Assembly (NCBI GenBank): GCA_964016885.1
Contig: OZ024765.1
Coordinates: 15,128,001 to 15,192,000, forward strand
Length of the DNA stretch: 64,000 nt
DNA from: Eledone cirrhosa
Lineage: Eukaryota
Direction of reading: 5' to 3'
Shown: positions 55,910-64,000 of the stretch, in pieces
How positions within the stretch are numbered: the first letter of the stretch is position 1
Layout of the letters: every line of letters begins with the position of its first letter
The notes under the pieces: generated by a model
The model's input: only the letters and a program-made list of their open reading frames with translations
What the model was told of the DNA's origin: nothing
Database searches by the model: none
Program-made: the position numbers and the translations under genes

Positions 55910-57150
55910 AACAACTACAACAACATCAATAACAGGAATAACAACAACAACAGTCAATAACAACAGGAATACCACCACCACCACCAACTACGACAACTAC
56001 ACAACAATAACAACAATCACAATTACAACCACTACTACTACAACTACTACTACTACAGCAACTACTACTACTACAATAATTACTACTACAACTACTACAA
56101 CCACTAATACTACAACTACTACTACAACTACTACAACAACTACAACTACTATAACGACTACTACTACTACAACCACTACTACTACACCTACTACTACAAC
56201 TACAACAACTACTACTACAATTACTACTACAACAACTACAAAAACTACTACAACAACTACAACTACAAAAATTACTACTACAACAACTACTACAATTACT
56301 ACTAATACTACAACCACTACTACTACAACAAAAACAACTACAAAATCAACAACAGGAACTCCTACACAGGTACAAACAACGCAACAACAACAACAGCTAG
56401 TACCATATCTACAACAACCACAAAAACAACAGCAAGCACCATATCTACAACAACAACCACAAAAACAACATTTAGTTCCATATCTACAACAAACAGAAAC
56501 AACAGCTAGTTCCATATCTAATACAACAACCACAGACACAACAGCTAGTTCCATATCTACAACATCAACCACAAAAAACAACAGCAAGTACCATATCTAC
56601 AACAACAACCACAAAAACAACAGCTAGTACCATATCTACAACAACAACCACAAAAACAACAGCTAGTTCCATATCTACAACAACAACCACAGAAACAACA
56701 GCTAGTTCCATATCTACAACAACCACAAAAAACAACAGCAAGTACCATATCTACAACAACAACCACAAAAACAACAGCTAGTTCCATATCTACAACAACA
56801 ACCACAGAAACAACAGCTAGTTCCATATCTACAACAACCACAAAAAACAACAGCAAGTACCATATCTACAACAACAACCACAAAAACAACAGCTAGTACC
56901 ATATCTACAACAACAACCACAAAAACAACAGCTAGTTCCATATCTACAACAACAACCACAAAAACAACAGCTAGTTCCATATCTACAACAACAACCACAA
57001 AAACAACAGCTAGTTCCATATCTACAACAATAACCACAGAAACAACAGCTAGTTCCATATCTACAACAATAACCACAGAAACAACAGCTAGTTCCATATC
57101 TACAACATCAACCACAAAAACAGCAGCAAGTACAATCTACAACAAAAACC
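55910..57150. repeat. (ACT/ACA)n microsatellite grading into a 36-39-bp minisatellite
   Basis: Unit acagctagttccatatctacaacaacaaccacaaaaaca, 56390-57120. Confidence 0.85.
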
Positions 57151-57529
57151 ACAAAAACAACGGCAACAGGGCCACCGATAAAACAACAATAACACCAACA
57201 CACCCAGCACTAACAATTATAAAACCCTATCCACTAACCCCGGACAATCTTGACAAAATAATTTCCTTTTACACAGGAAATTACTATATTTCACAAATCT
57301 TGTGCTTCACAAAGATAATTTCATTGGATAAATCTACCTAAGCATTATTTTATAAAACACATGAATCTAAACAATATGTTCAATAAATCTGGTTGCCGTG
57401 GGGACCGAAGTGGTTTGAAGTTTCCACAGGCCCTTTACCAGAAAAAAAAAAATACTAATAATAAATAACCCCAAAATAGCTCCATCTAGCTTTTCCATTC
57501 ACAATCTTTTTTTTAACAATTGCACTATC

Positions 57530-58248
57530 GAGTCGACATTCCTACACAGTTCTTTTTTTCCATGTTTTCACTCTCCAGTCAATATTTCCACAGACTGTTT
57601 TTACTAACACTTCCACTATTATATCAAAATTTCCACACAGTCTTTCCTACCAATTCCACACAGAATGTCTTCTATTACTTCCAGTATTAAATCAAAATTT
57701 CCCCGCACACTATTTGCTACAATTTCCACAATTCAGACAACATTTGAACACAGTCTTTCCTCACATTTCCACAATCCAATCAATGTATTTTTCTCATATT
57801 ACATCTTTCCAATTAATATTCCCACAGAGTGTTCTTCTAACACTTCCACTATTAAATCAAAATTTTCCCATACAAACTTTCCTAACTTTTCCACACAGAA
57901 TGTCTTTCAACACTTCCACTATCCAGTCAAAATTTCCACATACAACCTTGCCTAATATTTCCACACAGTTTCTCCTAACACTTCCACATAAAGTGTTATC
58001 TAACATTTCCACTATCCAGTCAACATTTCTACACAGTCTTTCCTCACAATTCCACAATCCAATCAATGTTTCCACAAAGTCTTTTCTAAAATTTCCACTA
58101 ACCAGTTCATATTTTCACAATCAATCCTAGCATTTCAACTTATTTCTTCTTATTATATATTTAATATTTCCACACACAATCCCTTCTCTAACACTTCCTC
58201 TATCCGAGGAACATATCCCCACACAGCTCTTTATCTGACATTTCCACA
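57530..58248. repeat. Degenerate ~40-bp minisatellite (ttccacacagtctttcctaacatttccactatccagtcaa)
   Basis: Recurrent ttccac motifs. Confidence 0.7.
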
Positions 58249-58249
58249 A

Positions 58250-59130
58250 AATCATTTTTATGGTTATTGAAGCGGGATTTAAACTCTGTGGAAGTGGATC
58301 CCACATAATTAAATGAATTTAAATTAGTTTTTACATTACAATTATATACTATATTTTTAGCTGAGCAATTGTTATTTAACGGACAGTTAAATTTATTTCT
58401 ACAGTTACATTTATCAAATAGGATATTGCTTGGGTTATTAGTGGTATTTTGGTTAGGTTTTAAATTTCTATTATTAATTCTATTAATATTTTGCGCTAAA
58501 TTTTTGGTTGAAGAATAAATCAACTTTATAGTATGTCTATTAAAAATTGAGTAATATCTATGTGTTCTATGGAAGCATTTGTCAAGAGCTTTAAAAAATA
58601 GTTTAGCAATAGGGGTTTTAATATTTAATGAGAAAGGAGGAGCGAACCATAATATGTTCCTAGATCTGTTTCTTTTTCCGCTTTCGATAATAAGGTTTTC
58701 TATTATAGTTGTTAAAATTGTTACCATAGTTAAAAATGTTACGATTATGGTTAGTTGTTGTATTTTTATTATTATCAATGTATTTAATTTTATTTCTATA
58801 GCCAGCTCTATTTAACGCTTCGTTGTAATAATGTGATTTTTCATCAAATATATTCTTATTAGCTGAAATTCTCGAAATTCGTTCCTGTACAGAGTTCACT
58901 ATAGTATTTTTAACGGATCTGGGGTGATTAGAGTTAAAATTGACACAGTTTAAGTTCTCATTTAGTTTGTGAAATGGATAATGAAGACATGTGTTAAGAT
59001 TTACTGTTACATCTAGAATGTTAACTATTTTATGGTTATTCTCTATTTCTACTTTTAGATTAAGGTAATTAAAAAATTGTATAATTTGTTTTCTTTTTCT
59101 ATTTAGTTCACAGTTATTATTTTCTATATT
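58250..59130 (-). pseudogene. Penelope-like retroelement fragment: RT thumb, linker and start of GIY-YIG, frameshifted and truncated
   Basis: NHKIVNILDVTVNL..YPFHK..NSNHP..; ERISRISAN..FDE...YNEAL..AGY; ILWFAPPFSLNIKT..IFNRHTIKL.YS..N; CNC..CPL...C..KNIVY..YVGST...FKSRFNNH; frameshift near 58780. Confidence 0.85.
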
Positions 59131-59317
59131 TTAAAAATATCCAATACTAATAATTAACGCTATAACCCCACTATCCGGCAGCTTCCAACAGTAATGGTTG
59201 CATTCTTTAAGGGTATGTCAATATTTATTTATAAAACTGATCAATATTATATTTTATCTGATGTACCAGTAATGTACTGGGTAATTGCTGGCCTTGTGCC
59301 AATAGTAGAAACAATTA

Positions 59318-59382
59318 TATTTTATCTGATGAAAGCACACCATAATTTAAGTTAGTGGCCTTGAAATATGTATAATGAAATA
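59318..59382 (+). ncRNA. Hammerhead ribozyme (52716 family) in pLTR-like segment 59150-59512
   Basis: uauuuuau CUGAUGA AAG...CUU GAAAU AUGU AUA augaaaua. Confidence 0.7.
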
Positions 59383-59524
59383 AATATGGTTTTATGAATA
59401 TAGTTTCCATTTGTTAATATCGTATTTTTACTCCAAATATTTGTTGAGTGCTTTATATCAGTTATAAAAATATTTGCTTGTTGTATCCCAACAATTTAAA
59501 TAGAACTTTTACATATATATATAT

Positions 59525-59884
59525 ATAATTAGTTGTCCCTCTGTCTGCCTGTCTTTTCCTTATGTATTCTCAAACGGCTCGACCAAATCAAATGAAATAT
59601 TTTACAAGGTATTAGTATAGTATTAGACTTCGGGATTAACGACATGAAATTTAATTTTCATTTGGATTAAAACAATATAACATTTTATCTAAAATAATCT
59701 ACTATAGTCAACGGATATTTTATAACACGACAACGATGTCACATTTTGTATACGAGTGTGTGTGTCTGCGTGTACCTTGTCTAACCTTACACTGTAAACC
59801 AGACAACGCATCTAATACAGTCTTTTCTCTTTTATCCGCCTTCTATGAATTTTCCTCCCTGGCGAAGCCGGGTTCCTCAGCTAG
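59525..59884 (+). mobile_element. Non-autonomous Helitron-like element
   Basis: 3' hairpin ccc(t)ggc gaa gccggg (59857-59872), then ctag|t; 5' ctgtctgcctgtc...aaacggctcgacc..atgaaat; in (TA)n. Confidence 0.65.
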
Positions 59885-59888
59885 TATG

Positions 59889-59923
<35 letters not shown>

Positions 59924-59949
59924 ATATATATAAATATATATATATAAAA

Positions 59950-60189
59950 TAAAAATGGCGTAGGCATTACAATACAACGGGAGGAAACATAATAGTACCA
60001 CTGATGATGTCACAGATGTGTGACGATAGAACTTTGATGGACTGTATATATATATGTTTAGATCTGTATGTTTAACCGTTGGTCAATCAATGATAAACAT
60101 TGATTGCCGGATTAATTAACTATGGAGATATAAAAGATACAGAAGTGAAAACCGGCCAATATTATAACAATATGACCCTCCCCAAGTAT

Positions 60190-60195
<6 letters not shown>
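59950..60195 (+). mobile_element. PLE 3' UTR remnant with degenerate hammerhead (59997-60038), 33354 family
   Basis: aaaaatggcgtag..acaacgggagg..acca CUGAUGA U GUCACA gaug UGUGAC GAUAG AA CUU; terminus tatgaccctccccaagtataac. Confidence 0.7.
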
Positions 60196-60263
<68 letters not shown>

Positions 60264-60461
60264 GGGTGTCCACGTGTTTGTGGTTGAATAGTGGACAGAG
60301 TTGCATTTAAAATACCATGGCAACTAGGAAAAGTACAGACATCAGAACACAAAGGGATAGGCAAAACACACAGAAACACACACATTTAATGTACACATAT
60401 AGATAGGCATACATACACTCACACGTAACATATACATACATATACATAATCTAACAAACAG

Positions 60462-60501
<40 letters not shown>

Positions 60502-60606
60502 TCACACGTAACATACACATATACAGAATCTGACAAACACACACACATATATATATATATACATACACACATACAGAATTTGACAAACACAAATACAAGT
60601 GTGTGT

Positions 60607-60644
<38 letters not shown>

Positions 60645-61522
60645 TCACGAAATTAAAATACGGAAAAAAAATAACAAAAATATATGTAAAAAAATAACAA
60701 ATATATATATATAAAAAAAAATCAAACGTGAAATCAAGGGGAATAATTAAAAGAGTTAAAAAGAAGTGAAATCGATGATTCAATAAATTAATTGATCGGT
60801 TTTAATAGCTTTAAGACATCGATCCCTAAATTTAGTAATTTGATTAACTTACACAAAATCTTCGTCCGACATTTCGGCTTTTATCGAAATTGATTGCTGG
60901 TCGTGTGTGTGGGTGGGTTGGTGTGTGTGTGTGTGTTGGTGTGTGTGTGAGTAGGCGTGTGTGTGTGTGTGTAAGTGTGTTTGTAAGTTCGTGTTTGTTG
61001 GTGTGTGTGTGTGTACGTTGGTGTGTGTAGATGTGTGTGTGTAGGTGTGTTTGTAAGTTGGTGTCTGTTGGTGTGTGTGTGTGTACGTTGGTGTGTGTAG
61101 GTGTGTGTGTAGGTGTATGTTGGTGTGTGTGTGTACGTTGGTGTGTGTGTCTGCTCACGCATGTCTGTGTCTTTGTGTGTGTATATAAACATATATAAAC
61201 AAACACACACGCGTGTATGTATATAAACATATATATATAAACATACACATACATATGTGTCTGTATATATATATATTCATTTACACTCACATATGTATAT
61301 GTCAGTGTGCTGTGTATATATGTATATATAGACATATATAAACACACACATATGTGTGTATGTGTGTGTGTGAGTGTGTATATAGGTATATATAAGCATA
61401 CACATACATACGTATATATATGTGAGTCTGTATGTGTGTATAAATATATCTAAACAAATACACTCACACATGTGTGTATGTGTGTATAACTAAGTATATA
61501 TATATATACACACACACACACA

Positions 61523-61578
<56 letters not shown>

Positions 61579-61668
61579 AAAATATACAAACACACACATT
61601 TGTATGTGTGTATTCATTTAAATACAAACACAACCACATATATGTATATGTATGTATATATATATATA

Positions 61669-61842
<174 letters not shown>

Positions 61843-62305
61843 TGTATATATATATATATATATATATTGTGCATATATATGTTTGGATATATGTTGATAT
61901 ATAATGTCTGCATATATATGTATGTGTCTATGTATGTTTAATCAGTTTGTGTATATATATTATATGAGGTTATCACCAATAAGCATTCCACACACAATAA
62001 AAACAAAAACACATAAACCACCACCAATACCACCACCTCCACCATGACGACCACTACCGTCTCCTCCAAGACTACTACAACCGTCACCACCACCACGTCC
62101 ACCACCACCGTCTCCTCCAACACTACTACAACCGTCACCACCACCACCACGTCCACCACCACCACCATAACATTGTTATTCTTTATAATCGCTGACCTTG
62201 ATTAAACAATACGTATATATATATATATATAATGTGTGTGCGTATATATACATGTATATATATATATATGAGTATATATATGTGTGTATATATATATATA
62301 TATAT

Positions 62306-62348
<43 letters not shown>

Positions 62349-62354
62349 TATAAA

Positions 62355-62395
<41 letters not shown>

Positions 62396-62490
62396 AGGTT
62401 TACATATATATATATATACATACATACATATATTGTTTTAGAGTAGTGACAGACTCATTTACTTTAATTTCAGCAAACAGTAGGAGATAA

Positions 62491-62535
62491 AGCTGACAAG
62501 GCCTTGTTTCGCATTTATTGATGCTTATCAAAGCC
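62491..62535 (-). ncRNA. Hammerhead ribozyme, U3A8 core, in IR cassette 62431-62456/62658-62683
   Basis: ggcu UUGAUAA GCAU caauaa AUGC GAAAC AAGGCCUU GUC agcu; palindromic ACAAGGCCUUGU. Confidence 0.8.
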
Positions 62536-62780
62536 AACTACTCCTCTTGTCCGCTGAAATCATGGATGTTTGGTTCTTATAGAATGTTTAATTTCTGCTG
62601 GACCGGCAACCGCTCTGTATAATCAGTTCCTGATTATTTACTAGAATTCTGTTACTAGAGTCTGTCACTACTCTAAAACAATAGCATAAGGTCTTCGAAA
62701 TGCTTTTAATTAAGCATACAGTGTATTGCAAAATACACTATATATACATTCATATATATATAGCTATTTCAGAGCACCAA

Positions 62781-62902
62781 TTCTAATATCTGATGATATG
62801 GGATCGACTGTGCATTGGATATCGAATGCTCTACTAAATATATAATATTATAGATGTAGCGAGATCTAGGCAAATTGATGTCTATTGAAACGTACGTAAG
62901 AA
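62781..62902 (+). ncRNA. Hammerhead motif with ~90-nt branched stem II; stem I out of register
   Basis: uucu-aauau CUGAUGA UAUGGGAUCGA...UUGAUGUCUAUU GAAAC GUAC GUA agaa; AATAAA at 62906. Confidence 0.6.
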
Positions 62903-63303
62903 CCGAATAAATCTATTTTGCTGCATCTTTCTGTTCTTTTTAATTCTTTATATATATATATATATATATATAAAGGTTTACATATATATATATACATACA
63001 TATACGTGTTTTGCAACGGGTCACTTTGTGGCTCAATGAAAAGTTAATAAATTAAATAATCAGAGCTATATATAATAAAACATGTCTATAGAATCACCAG
63101 ATAAAATATAAACCATTTCCAATATTCGATAAATATTCCGTTGCAGCCGGCGCGAAGGGCTGGTTTCGGTTATTTGTTGGAGATTTCTTCATAGAAGCCT
63201 TATTCTTATAGCCTGGTCTATTCGATTTTTTATATGGTTAATTATGCTAATTGGGAGAGGAAATGGTATATATTTTATCTGGTGATTCTATAGACATGTT
63301 TTA

Positions 63304-63341
<38 letters not shown>

Positions 63342-63376
63342 AGAAATTAGAAAGTGAACAACACAAAATATAACTA

Positions 63377-63444
63377 CTCTATTATCAAAGGTTTCTGGAT
63401 CCCAGACAATAATAACACACGTCTAGATAGGTCGTCAGACAGAG
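63377..63444 (-). ncRNA. Hammerhead motif in IR cassette 63350-63390/63456-63500
   Basis: cucugu CUGACGA ..UCUAGAC..GUCUGGG.. GAAAC CUUUG AUA auagag; the inverted copy preserves the pairing-competent CUUUG GUA. Confidence 0.65.
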
Positions 63445-64000
63445 ATGTTATTAACTTTGGTAATAGAGTAGTTATATTTTGTGTTGTTCACTTTTTAATT
63501 AAATAGCTCTGTTCTATACATAGAGCACTCTTTTTTCCTTTACTTTTCCTTCGGAATTACCTAACATATATATATATATATGAATAAAGTTAGTCCTTCA
63601 TCAGTGATCTTCCAACCATCATTGGTATTTCATCGCTTTAAAGACCATTTACCTCCGGTTGGTGCGAGCAACGGCTAAAAAAAGTCGTTGGGACACGTAA
63701 ATAAAGGGAACAGCGAGAGTGTAAACAAACAAAGATGGTGAAGCAACGAAAAATGAGGAAGAACGAGTCAAGTCCCAAATTTCCATGAATATAAGTTCAG
63801 TGAAATCGTGAACGAGAGAGAATAAAGACCATCAAACCTGGTTGGAATGTGAGCAAGGAAGGAATTCCGTACAGGTCTAACGGGAGGAAGAAGGAATCTA
63901 GTCTGTGAATTCGGTGAACATAAGTTCTGTGAAATGGTAGACGAGAGAGAGAAAAAAAGGCGAACCAGCCTGACTAAGAGTGCGAAAGAAAAGAATTACG

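Overview
AT-rich, repeat-saturated animal genomic DNA. It is most likely octopus/coleoid cephalopod intergenic or intronic sequence, inferred from the SINE families and the (TA)n/(CA)n/(GA)n load. I find no intact host gene, and almost all listed ORFs are translations of microsatellites or minisatellites. Real coding remnants are two Penelope-like (PLE) retroelement fragments with GIY-YIG endonuclease and a few short LINE tails. Other content: two tRNA-derived SINE families (several expanded into satellites), two non-autonomous Helitron-like elements and a hAT-type MITE. The main hidden signal is RNA-level. About 30 type I hammerhead ribozyme (HHR) motifs, intact or decayed, from many unrelated sequence families lie in short islands between (TA)n tracts, often with an inverted copy of their own 3' flank. 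Most have tiny, often palindromic stem III (dimer-type). Several carry a compensatory U3-A8 core (UUGAUAA) and/or a large branched stem II. The standout is an essentially homogeneous 591-bp tandem array (5853-8888) with one U3A8, branched-stem-II HHR per unit and a head-to-head inversion: a candidate young retrozyme predicted to yield 591-nt monomer/circular RNAs. All structures were paired by eye; no activity is shown.
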